A DNA stretch of 64,000 nt, taken from positions 13,592-77,591 of the IMG/VR virus record IMGVR_UViG_3300047548_000777; one strand, 5' to 3'. Position numbers and translations under genes: made by a program. Below, one piece after another: positions 36,556 to 45,297 of this stretch (positions within the stretch are counted from its first letter, which is position 1; every line of letters starts with the position of its first letter). This stretch comes from a virus. The notes under the pieces are model-generated. The model was not told where the DNA came from. It made no database searches and saw nothing but the letters and a program-made list of their open reading frames with translations.

Positions 36556-39500
36556 TTATTCAATCGACAGTATAAACGGGGTCATTGTTGCAAACAGACT
36601 CTTTTCAAAGGTTCTTCCAGTTAATGTTCCAGTTGCCTGATTAATAACTAGACCCTCACCGATTCGGAAGTCTCCGTTCTGATCTGTACTTGTGAAGAAA
36701 ACTTTTCCTCCGTCTAACATATTTACTTCTCTTTCCTGTTTAGGATCAGCACGGCCTACCATAGGTAATGCCCCGTAGTTAGATCCTGCCCCAACATACT
36801 CAAATAAGTATCCTGATGCTGTCATGTAACTTCTCTGATAGAAGTTAATAATAGCACCATCCGGGAATAATGAAGTGTTTGTAGTATTATCTTCTAGGTT
36901 TATTAAATGATAAGTTCCAGATCTAGCATAATAACTTAATCCTGAATAAACTGCGTTGTAGTTTCCACCAAGAGTTAAATCTTCAGCAATTTTACTTGGA
37001 ATTAATGCAGAATCTCTTAGGCACTTTTCTTTATTATATGTAAATCCTGGATTTGCAACAACATAATTGTCCATAAACTTACTAATTTCTGCAACAATAA
37101 AGTTAATATTCAATAATATCAACTCCGATGCGTCAGCATCACTTTGCGTGACGAATCCCTTTTTAACGATGCCTGGAGTCGCACTTTGACCTTGATCAAG
37201 TATGTCATAAACGATTGTTGCCAACAATAATGTCCTAGCTATTGTACCAGTTGTTGGATTGTTTGTTAAATTAAGTGTAACTTGAGGGACCGCAGTCTGT
37301 AACGGGGAACCATACATTGTATTGGATACAATGGATTGTAGAAGTGTTCTAATGTATTCGATGGTCAATAGTTCTGGAGCTTTCTGATTATTTGGGAACA
37401 CTAATAACCCTTCTGCAACCGGATCTGGAGCTTTCTCACTAGATAAAATTGTGTAATACGCTTTTCCTGCTACAAATATTGTGAAATAAGTAGGATTTTC
37501 AGGGAAACTTCCTCCTTTATTTACAGGAGTATTTAAATAGATTGTATCTGGGCCTACATCAGTAATAACTGTATCTTCCAGTAAATATCTTTCTCCGGTA
37601 ACAGGATCCGAGTAACTGCCGAATTGATCTCGCACATATACGTGTTGTCCTATATACATGTCATTGACTTCTATCCCTGAAATTGTTAGACTATCTTCTA
37701 TAATTTCAGAAGTTGTAATGGTACTGGTGATATATCCTGGTAGGTTTTGCTCGTTGATATAATCATCAGGAGGGATTACTTCCATTACTAATCCAATGTG
37801 CGGTCTATTTGCAGCATCTGGAACAAAAACGCAAACCTGCTGATTTCTCGGGAAATACCCGTCAGGATAGAATTGGTTAAATTCAAATGTTTTTGTTAAA
37901 CTGTTGTAGACTTTATTAGCAGGATTGTAAATTGTGCCGGAGAATTCTTTTGGTCCGTATCCTTTAGAAACCATGCAGTAGTCACCGAAGTTACTGTTCG
38001 CGTTAGTAATGGACATAATCCCACCGTTATCTACTTGCATAGATATAGAGCAGAACACTGTGAACATCGAAACTAACTGTGTATAACCACGATTAGTTGC
38101 TCTAGCTCCGCGGCCGCCTTGATTTAGCTGTGTAAATGCATCAACAACCATAGACCTTATAGGAGATATATCGCTTACACGATCACCGTCAATAATTAAT
38201 CCACCCATTGAGCCATACTTATCGTACTTACGCTGATCCCACTCTGGATAATTATCAAAATCTTTATCTTGCAACGGATAGACCGATGGGTATCCAAAAT
38301 ACAACCTAGAATTTGTTCCGATACCAACAGTCGGCTTATCTAATCCTATAATGTAAGTATTAGCAACTCCAGCTTTAGGTGTAACTGATGTAACCTTGGT
38401 AGATTGTTGAACGTCATCAGCGCTAACTCCAGTTGCAGCAAATAAAGCAGTTCCTTGATATATTTCTGGAACAGCTGCTTCACCATTTTCGATGATATCA
38501 GTTATAATTTTTGTATTTCTTACTATACTACCAACTGTAATTTCACCTTTTGAATAATACGTGTTTGTTACTTGCTCGCTTGTAAGATCAGGCTTAATAT
38601 TCTGAACAATATTAGTCATTAACCCTTTGGCATAGTTTAATGCATCAATTGTTTGTGTTGCTTCGCCTTCAATTACTAACACATTTGCCGAGTAGTATCC
38701 TCTGCCGGCTTCTGCTGACTTTTTATTTCCACCTAATAATATATCTTGGCTTATCGAGTCTATAATATAACCAAGATCACGTTCACATTTAGCCTTTGTG
38801 TCGTACTTTTCATTTAAAAATCCTAAAGTACTGGTTTGTATACTAGCTAAATTAGTTAAAATTGTAATCTTATCAACATTATTAGCAGTATAGTTAACAC
38901 CTTTGATGTAATTAGGCATTGTTATAACTACCGTACCAGACTGTTCGATAATTATGTTAATCTGATCGATAAGAACTTGTAACGTTACTGCCTCATCAAA
39001 TGTTCCCACTGGCAGTTCTAAATATTGTCGTAAATCGTCATTTCCTTGGGTTGGAATAACTGGTATATTTTGTACAACGCTACTAATAACTTGTTTTAAA
39101 TGCTCGTAGGCAGCAATTGCTTGTTGTATTTGACCTGGTAAGTAAGTTGTTGTGCCTAAATAGTAAGCATTTGCTACTTCAACAGATTGGCTATTTCCTC
39201 CGTATAGTAAATCATAAACTAACGCATCAATAATATATCCGGTATCTCGCCTACAAAGAGAAATATTATATGTAAATTCTGATGTAAAAGGAGGTGTGTT
39301 AGTTGCAACTTGTTTATTAATCCATGCTATAACTTCTTCAACTAGGAACGGTTTATTTTTTATAATAATTCTAGATGCATTTATTTTATTTGAAGTACTT
39401 ATTAACTCTTCTGATGAGGTACTTAATGGATTTATAAACTCTAAATCAGGTGCTGCAAAATCTGATACTTTATCAATTATGTCAGTTACAGTTTTAAATA

Positions 39501-41613
39501 ACTCATTAATCTTCTTAATTGTATCTGCCTTAGTAACAGGATTAAGCAGTGCAACTGCAGTATCCCTTGCAAAATTTAATCCTGCAATAGTTTTTTGTTT
39601 CTGTAAAGTAGTTACTGTTGAACTGTAGCTTCTTGTATATGCAATTCCTGCATATAAAGATCTATAATTTGTTCCTAAAATTAAATCGTCAAGTACAGAA
39701 TTTAAAATAATTCCTACGTCTCTACTACATTTAGCTTGATCAAATGTTAACAGCCCTGGGTATTTTGTATCTACATAAGAACTAACTTGTTTAATAATAA
39801 ACTCTCGGTTATCCTGTATCAGCACTTCCCCGCACACCAATCCGAATTCTGCACCGGTAGAATAATATATCTTTGGTGCGGCACCAGGACCGTTTGTTAT
39901 TATATTTGTAATGATGTCAATATTGTTAGATATTGGGATGAGTGCAATCAGCCCATCTGTTAAATTTGGGTTGAATACTTGAGCGTGAACACCTGTTCCA
40001 GATAACAAATCTGGAGCTGGTAGACTAGGATTATTTTGCAGTATGCTTGTCGCTAAAGTTTTAATGTAATCGAGTGCATCAACAGTAACCGATTCTTCTC
40101 CAGGTATTAAACTAGTAACGCCGTCAAAATATGCAAGTCCAGATTCGACACTTTTACTATTTCCACCAAAGCATGCATCGTATAATACATTTTCAACAAT
40201 TATACCAACATCCCGACGACATTTTTCTCTAGCATATACAAAGGTAGGATACGTAGTTTCTACATAAGCAAGAACCTGTTCTTGAATAAAAGGCTTATTT
40301 GCTAAAAGCAATGTTCTTGCATCAAAAAATCCAATGTCTTGCGGAGCAGTATTGATGCTCATTCCTGCTAAGGGAACATCACCACGCTTAATTTCAACTT
40401 CAATCTCGTTAAGGCCTTCAGTAAATGTAGTAATTCCAACACTTAATGGTAATTGCACTGTCTGATTTGGAATAAACATGGTGCCATCTTTGAGCCAAGG
40501 TCCAGATTGATTTGTGCAGTTTTGTATATAGGGAGACTTATAAATCGTTAACTTGCCTGTTTTTAAATTAACATTAGTCTTTGGTACAGTATTCAGAGAT
40601 TGCTTAGAAACAAATATGGTATTACCAACCACCGACCTAACAATCGTATTCTCTGCAAAATCTTCTCCAATAATTTCAATTCCTGGGATAACCTCATCCG
40701 AAATACTGATAACTTGTATTTCGTTACTCTTTGGCTGAATATTTCCCGTGATTTGAACTGTATTTGTTGGGAACGCTACAGTGTATGCTCCTCGATCAAT
40801 GTAAGGATCAATTATACCACTTCGTCCATTTATAAATTGCATCTGTGCAAGGTATGTTGAGCTATCAACATGAAATAAATCTTGAGTTTTGTTAATAGGT
40901 TCAACTGTAGTAGTTCTTAAATCACTACCTATAACACTGGTATATGGTTTTAGTCTAAGTGGATTGTTTTCTAAGTACCTGCCTGGAAATACTTTTATGC
41001 TTGTTCCTGGCCTATACAAAGGACTTCTAATCGCTCCTCCGATAGTTCTACAGGCCCTGGTAGGATCCATACTGCTGCCATCGTTTGTATCATCTCCGTC
41101 CATTGTAACGTATAACGTATTCGTAACAATAGGAGCAGTTCCGTACGGTATTCCGGTGACAACCAAATCTCCTTCGAAGACTGCCTTTCCTGATACATTT
41201 AACTCTTTTTCGATGTCAACACGACTAAGAATGTCTACTTTCCCAGACCCCCTTGCATCAACGACCACATCTTTGTTGACTGTGTTAGTAATTTTGTTAA
41301 CAAATAAATCATTCCATGCTTGATCCGGAATACCTAAATTGAACGTATCGCTTTGCTTAGGAATTAAATCCGAAGTAAAGTCAGCTGCAACAGAAATAGA
41401 ATCACCAGGTGTTGAACCAAAAGTTAACTTTCCATCAATAGTTGTATTACCTGTAACATACAAGTTGTTGTTAACTTTAACTTGTGTTGCTGAATCATCA
41501 GAACCTAAGACAACGTCTTTAGAATCTAACACAACCTTGCCGTTAGCTTCAACTGCTACACTGTTATCCTTAACATTTTTTTCGTTTATCTGGCTTCTTT
41601 TTAAAAACTTCAT
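36556..41613 (-). CDS. Large virion structural protein (beta-helix core with five CxRD repeats)
   Basis: NTLYV..DGDD.NDG, SPYIQNCT, SMVVDAFTQ, FEYVGAG and TSTDQ.GDFRIG motifs. Paralogous to 30285..34178. Confidence 0.75.
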   Translation of the reverse strand: MKFLKRSQINEKNVKDNSVAVEANGKVVLDSKDVVLGSDDSATQVKVNNNLYVTGNTTIDGKLTFGSTPGDSISVAADFTSDLIPKQSDTFNLGIPDQAWNDLFVNKITNTVNKDVVVDARGSGKVDILSRVDIEKELNVSGKAVFEGDLVVTGIPYGTAPIVTNTLYVTMDGDDTNDGSSMDPTRACRTIGGAIRSPLYRPGTSIKVFPGRYLENNPLRLKPYTSVIGSDLRTTTVEPINKTQDLFHVDSSTYLAQMQFINGRSGIIDPYIDRGAYTVAFPTNTVQITGNIQPKSNEIQVISISDEVIPGIEIIGEDFAENTIVRSVVGNTIFVSKQSLNTVPKTNVNLKTGKLTIYKSPYIQNCTNQSGPWLKDGTMFIPNQTVQLPLSVGITTFTEGLNEIEVEIKRGDVPLAGMSINTAPQDIGFFDARTLLLANKPFIQEQVLAYVETTYPTFVYAREKCRRDVGIIVENVLYDACFGGNSKSVESGLAYFDGVTSLIPGEESVTVDALDYIKTLATSILQNNPSLPAPDLLSGTGVHAQVFNPNLTDGLIALIPISNNIDIITNIITNGPGAAPKIYYSTGAEFGLVCGEVLIQDNREFIIKQVSSYVDTKYPGLLTFDQAKCSRDVGIILNSVLDDLILGTNYRSLYAGIAYTRSYSSTVTTLQKQKTIAGLNFARDTAVALLNPVTKADTIKKINELFKTVTDIIDKVSDFAAPDLEFINPLSTSSEELISTSNKINASRIIIKNKPFLVEEVIAWINKQVATNTPPFTSEFTYNISLCRRDTGYIIDALVYDLLYGGNSQSVEVANAYYLGTTTYLPGQIQQAIAAYEHLKQVISSVVQNIPVIPTQGNDDLRQYLELPVGTFDEAVTLQVLIDQINIIIEQSGTVVITMPNYIKGVNYTANNVDKITILTNLASIQTSTLGFLNEKYDTKAKCERDLGYIIDSISQDILLGGNKKSAEAGRGYYSANVLVIEGEATQTIDALNYAKGLMTNIVQNIKPDLTSEQVTNTYYSKGEITVGSIVRNTKIITDIIENGEAAVPEIYQGTALFAATGVSADDVQQSTKVTSVTPKAGVANTYIIGLDKPTVGIGTNSRLYFGYPSVYPLQDKDFDNYPEWDQRKYDKYGSMGGLIIDGDRVSDISPIRSMVVDAFTQLNQGGRGARATNRGYTQLVSMFTVFCSISMQVDNGGIMSITNANSNFGDYCMVSKGYGPKEFSGTIYNPANKVYNSLTKTFEFNQFYPDGYFPRNQQVCVFVPDAANRPHIGLVMEVIPPDDYINEQNLPGYITSTITTSEIIEDSLTISGIEVNDMYIGQHVYVRDQFGSYSDPVTGERYLLEDTVITDVGPDTIYLNTPVNKGGSFPENPTYFTIFVAGKAYYTILSSEKAPDPVAEGLLVFPNNQKAPELLTIEYIRTLLQSIVSNTMYGSPLQTAVPQVTLNLTNNPTTGTIARTLLLATIVYDILDQGQSATPGIVKKGFVTQSDADASELILLNINFIVAEISKFMDNYVVANPGFTYNKEKCLRDSALIPSKIAEDLTLGGNYNAVYSGLSYYARSGTYHLINLEDNTTNTSLFPDGAIINFYQRSYMTASGYLFEYVGAGSNYGALPMVGRADPKQEREVNMLDGGKVFFTSTDQNGDFRIGEGLVINQATGTLTGRTFEKSLFATMTPFILSIE

Positions 41614-41960
41614 TATGAAACTCTCAAGGTACTAATAATAGCGTTAACGCCTTTTCCGTTATCATCTGGTCCAATTGATGCAATTGCCTGAACCCTATCA
41701 CCAGTTGATAAAATAATTTTTTCAGTATCAAACGTAAAAGTCTCGCCTGCAGGTATAGTTAAACTGTTAACAACCATATTTCGAAAATCTCTTGCTTCGT
41801 TAGCTGGAACGTAATGTACCGTTAATGTTATATCAGTGTCTGCACTATTACAAAAAATTATGCAGGTTACAGCATATTCTCGAACATCGGTAGTTGCAAG
41901 TCCGGGGCAAATAAAGATTGTAGTTTCAGCTGTTAAAATTGCTGTGCTCTGAATAGCCAT
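41613..41960 (-). CDS. Small virion structural protein
   Basis: 115 aa with an L.IPAGETF.F..EK.IL..GD.V motif, resembling the C-terminal domain of 34171..36540. Confidence 0.7.
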   Translation of the reverse strand: MAIQSTAILTAETTIFICPGLATTDVREYAVTCIIFCNSADTDITLTVHYVPANEARDFRNMVVNSLTIPAGETFTFDTEKIILSTGDRVQAIASIGPDDNGKGVNAIISTLRVS

Positions 41961-41969
41961 TTTTATTCC

Positions 41970-43172
41970 TTAAAATATCAAACTATAGACAATTGCTCTA
42001 CGTTTGCTTATTAATTCGTCGTTTGTTCCTTGAGTGTTTACAAAATACAACCCAGTTCCACCGCCACCAACTTCGTTTTTAGAATAGAATTTAACATACC
42101 CTGGATTGGATTCTTGCGATGGATTATAACTCACAGGAGCATTTTTTAAATTCAATACACTATCTAATAGTAATACGTTGGTGGAAATATTAGATATACT
42201 ATTAGATTCTAATCTAATATTGTCAGCGGTTAATCCAGAATTGTTAACTACGACTCTAGGAAATGCATCTACGTCAAATACGATTTCACCAAGGCCTGTT
42301 TGATTTGTATCGAATACCTGTACTTTAGTGTCGCCTTCTTGTATTTTATTTGTAGAAAACACTCTACGATTTGTATAATCTACAATGGCTCTTATATTCG
42401 GAATCGCATCATCATTTTTTACAGGATTCGGACGTACTGTACCTGTCGCAGAGGATGTTGCAAGGTCTGGACCTTCGTTTCTATAAGTCAGTGTTACCGC
42501 ATTAGAACCAGCATCAGGAACTGAGACAACAGTAGCAAATAATGTGTCAAAAGTTGAATTATTTAAAACAAATATATCAACTTGTCCACCAGCTATTATA
42601 GTATGCGGGGCACTGGTTGTTATTGTTGCTATATTATTAATTCTAGATATAGTTGATATTTCATAAACTGTATTAAGTTTATCGTAATCAAGAATTTGTC
42701 TTTCATAATTTAAGGTACCAGTGACATTAATAATGCCGGTACCTTGTGTGATTAAATTTAAATCATTCCCACCAGTGTCTATTCTGTTTGTTGCTATACC
42801 TTGTATTGCAGTAGATAGATCCGAAGCATCTACATAACTACTATCAACAAATACAAACTGATTAGTTCGTTCGTCCCATAATATAGAAACGTCGGGCAAT
42901 GTGCCTCTTTCTATAGAGATACCAGCAGTAGATCCTAAAGTTTTAACACCGTCCAACTGTTCATTTTGATTTAGAACAATAATGTTGTCTTTAATAGCTA
43001 GATTTTCTGACTCTATAATTGTGGTTTTGCCTTGTATATCTAAATCGCCAACAATGACTACCTTACCTTGATTTCCTAAAAAATTAGTATCAAAGGTAAT
43101 TGTACCAGGATTACCCGGAGAACCCACCACAAGTTTGTAATTACTATCTTGTACTCTAACTATTTTTGACAT
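41970..43172 (-). CDS. Baseplate/fibre-associated structural protein
   Basis: IKDNIIVLN and GISIERG motifs, resembling the SIKD..I.L and VDDKNIEL segments of the fibres. AAGGGA SD. Confidence 0.7.
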   Translation of the reverse strand: MSKIVRVQDSNYKLVVGSPGNPGTITFDTNFLGNQGKVVIVGDLDIQGKTTIIESENLAIKDNIIVLNQNEQLDGVKTLGSTAGISIERGTLPDVSILWDERTNQFVFVDSSYVDASDLSTAIQGIATNRIDTGGNDLNLITQGTGIINVTGTLNYERQILDYDKLNTVYEISTISRINNIATITTSAPHTIIAGGQVDIFVLNNSTFDTLFATVVSVPDAGSNAVTLTYRNEGPDLATSSATGTVRPNPVKNDDAIPNIRAIVDYTNRRVFSTNKIQEGDTKVQVFDTNQTGLGEIVFDVDAFPRVVVNNSGLTADNIRLESNSISNISTNVLLLDSVLNLKNAPVSYNPSQESNPGYVKFYSKNEVGGGGTGLYFVNTQGTNDELISKRRAIVYSLIF

Positions 43173-43190
43173 TATACATTCCCTTATACA

Positions 43191-43210
43191 AGGGGCCGCA
43201 TAGACCCCTA
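43191..43210 (-). terminator. Weak hairpin downstream of the Ig-domain gene
   Basis: AGGGG-loop-CCCCT inverted repeat with only a short T tail. Confidence 0.4.
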
Positions 43211-43222
43211 TAGTAAATTATA

Positions 43223-43870
43223 TTAAGCAGCAACAGTTAATGTAACCGCATTAGAAGTTACACTAGTAGCACCGGTTGCACTAACAATTACACGATATAG
43301 GTTACCGTCATCCGATGGTTGTAAACCAAGTAATAGTAAGTTATCGTTAGTAGATGCAGTATTACTCCATGTTGCGCCAGAGTCAGTTGAAACTTGCCAT
43401 AGATAAGTTAGTGTAGCACCTTCTGTTACGTTAGCAACGACCGCAAATACAGCTTCTCCATCAGCTGCGGTTTGATCAGTTGGCTGCGATGTAATCGTAA
43501 TGAACGGGGAAACACTGGTTTCAACTTCATCCATTTCTGCCTTTCCATCTGTAATACTACCATCGAATGTCCAAGCATAGCTTACACCGCCGGCGACAAC
43601 TCTATGTGCAGCAATCTTAGTAACTCTTCGAACAACGCCGTCATCAGTTTGTACACTGATAGACATCTCGTTAGCTGCTAACGAACCATCTGCTTTATCT
43701 ACTAAGAAACAATCACCTGTGTTAGCACCAACTGTTACTTTAAATTTTCTGGTACCTCGTTGACTTACAATTCTGCCGTCGCCTTCTGCATTGGCACCGA
43801 TTTTTGCACGAACTTTGATCTGATTACCTGCGCCAGATCCGAAATATCTCTTGTTTAGTGGACGTCCCAT
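43223..43870 (-). CDS. Virion protein with C-terminal Ig-like domain (possible Hoc-like decoration protein)
   Basis: C-terminal ITITSQP.DQT...F.V.A...LTYLWQ.S...DDG..YRVIVS...S..V.LTV Ig pattern. AAGGA SD. Confidence 0.75.
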   Translation of the reverse strand: MGRPLNKRYFGSGAGNQIKVRAKIGANAEGDGRIVSQRGTRKFKVTVGANTGDCFLVDKADGSLAANEMSISVQTDDGVVRRVTKIAAHRVVAGGVSYAWTFDGSITDGKAEMDEVETSVSPFITITSQPTDQTAADGEAVFAVVANVTEGATLTYLWQVSTDSGATWSNTASTNDNLLLLGLQPSDDGNLYRVIVSATGATSVTSNAVTLTVAA

Positions 43871-43882
43871 TTGTTTGATTCC

Positions 43883-43968
43883 TTATAAATAGTATTATGG
43901 ATGTGGGTTCTATCCACTACGGTGTGGGGCACCGTAAGCTATTATCTGTTAAATAGCATCCATTACTA
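43883..43968 (-). ncRNA. Structured 5' leader RNA (four-way junction), copy A
   Basis: P1 AUAGUA-AUGGAU/AUCCAU-A-AUACUAU encloses P2 GCUAUU/AAUAGC, P3 UACGGUG/CACCGUA and P4 GUGG/CCAC. It lies between a late promoter (43969-75) and the SD. Confidence 0.7.
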
Positions 43969-43974
43969 TTATTT

Positions 43975-44649
43975 ATGTATATTAAGATGAATACTCCTTA
44001 CACTTACCTAATCGGATGGTCAGATTTAAATCGTTGGTATTACGGCGTTCGATATTCTAAGAATTGCCATCCAACTGACTTGTGGAATCCGTATAAGACA
44101 TCAAGTAAGATAGTATTAAAATTTATTAAAGATCACGGAGAGCCCGATATTCGAATTGTTCGTCGTACATTTAACAGCGTTAACGAAGCAAGAGTATGGG
44201 AGCATAGAGTTCTATTAAAATTAAACGTCATTAATAAAGAGAAATGGTTGAACGGACATAATACTATTGCGTTTGATATTACATTAGTTCCAAAAGGAGA
44301 TCAACACTGGACTAGAAAGAATCCCGAAAAGTGGGCTAAAATTCAAAAATTTAGAAAATACCAAAAAGGGGAAATGCATTGGACTAATCAAAAAACTGCA
44401 TCGGCGCAACAGCATCGAACGCGAATGAATAGCGAAATGAATCCTAATAATTTTTTACACAACAAGATTTTAAGAAGTGAAAAGTTAAAAATCGATAATC
44501 CTGTTAATTTACCAGGAGTTAAAAATAAAATTAAAGAAACATTAACAGGATATAAGCATCCTCGTAAAATATGCGAGCACTGCGGTAAAGATGTAGCTGA
44601 TTCGATTTATACAAGATGGCACGGAACTAAATGTAAAAATTTAGGTTGA
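43975..44649 (+). CDS. Free-standing homing endonuclease, GIY-YIG-like (Seg-type)
   Basis: YTYLIGW....WYYGVR, Y.TSS, EA..WE..VL and WLN motifs, NP-type DNA-binding repeats, and C-terminal CEHCGK...RWH..KC. Antisense to the operon. Confidence 0.8.
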   Translation: MYIKMNTPYTYLIGWSDLNRWYYGVRYSKNCHPTDLWNPYKTSSKIVLKFIKDHGEPDIRIVRRTFNSVNEARVWEHRVLLKLNVINKEKWLNGHNTIAFDITLVPKGDQHWTRKNPEKWAKIQKFRKYQKGEMHWTNQKTASAQQHRTRMNSEMNPNNFLHNKILRSEKLKIDNPVNLPGVKNKIKETLTGYKHPRKICEHCGKDVADSIYTRWHGTKCKNLG

Positions 44650-44703
44650 CGTTTTAGGTCTACGCTGCGGGGTTACAGCATAAGTCTCGTGTTAAACGAG
44701 CAC
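44648..44703 (-). ncRNA. Structured leader RNA, copy B (orphaned, 3' arm of P1 missing)
   Basis: P2 CUCG/CGAG, P3 UAUGCUG/CAGCGUA and P4 GAC/GUC, with loops matching copy A. Late promoter ATAAATA at 44721-27. Confidence 0.65.
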
Positions 44704-44736
44704 TCAGTTATAGACATATGTATTTATCATATAAAG

Positions 44737-44762
44737 AAAAAGGCTTCCGAAGAAGCCTTTTA
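44737..44762 (-). terminator. Intrinsic terminator (UUCG loop) after the orphan capsid-end copy
   Basis: AAAAAGGCTTC-TTCG-GAAGCCTTTTT on the minus strand. Confidence 0.85.
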
Positions 44763-44783
44763 TTGGGGGTGTTACTCAGTTAA

Positions 44784-44846
44784 TTAACTAAACTTGACTG
44801 CGCCAGAAGCGATAGCAACCTTACCTAAGTAATCTGCGGCATTTCC
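44784..44846 (-). pseudogene. Orphan duplicate of the last 20 codons plus stop of the major capsid gene
   Basis: Encodes GNAADYLGKVAIASGAVKFS*, identical in protein to 46166-46228. 53/63 nt identical and every difference is synonymous. Confidence 0.9.
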
Positions 44847-44856
44847 TACGGAAACT

Positions 44857-45159
44857 TTATAGTGGTAATTGAGAACTAAGTTCTAGTATTCGATCTTTCA
44901 TTTCAATTAGTTCGTTGTTTGTTTTTTCAATATCTGGATCATTTTTATCAGGATAATTGATATTTAAAATACTATCGATTACAGAAATAAATTCCTCAAC
45001 GTTATTTAAAATCATTGCAGATCTAGAAGGAGATCTTAATCTTATCAAAATATTTAAAGATTTTTCAAGTATATCATATGTATGTTTTACAGAATCAATA
45101 TCTACTCCGCGCATGTTAGACCATAATAAATTCTTATCAGTTATTTCAAATATTCTCAC
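44857..45159 (-). CDS. Hypothetical protein (cargo of the endonuclease cassette)
   Basis: AGGAG SD then TTG/GTG. The GTG at 45159 gives MRIFEITDK. AT-rich. Confidence 0.55.
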   Translation of the reverse strand: MRIFEITDKNLLWSNMRGVDIDSVKHTYDILEKSLNILIRLRSPSRSAMILNNVEEFISVIDSILNINYPDKNDPDIEKTNNELIEMKDRILELSSQLPL

Positions 45160-45295
45160 CAAGAGATCTCCTATGCTCTAATTCTTTGATTAGATCCGTT
45201 AAATCAGATTCTGCTTGATGACGCAAATCATTAATTTTTTTGTTTATTTCTCTAATTTTGTTAATTGTATCTTCAGATAAATTTTTATTTTCCAT
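45146..45295 (-). CDS. Small 49-aa coiled-coil ORF
   Basis: Read manually: MENKNLSEDTINKIREINKKINDLRHQAESDLTDLIKELEHRRSLGENI*. Starts 2 nt after the HNH stop. Confidence 0.5.
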   Translation of the reverse strand: MENKNLSEDTINKIREINKKINDLRHQAESDLTDLIKELEHRRSLGENI

Positions 45296-45297
45296 AA

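Noticed and set aside
14552-43172. Diversity-generating retroelement or invertible fibre cassette
   Set aside because: No reverse transcriptase or recombinase in the window, and no repeat pair differing only at adenines was noticed. One elsewhere in the genome cannot be excluded.
43883-43968. tRNA (cloverleaf-like shape)
   Set aside because: No T-loop GTTC in the right position, no D-loop GG, no canonical anticodon arm or CCA end, and stem lengths do not fit.
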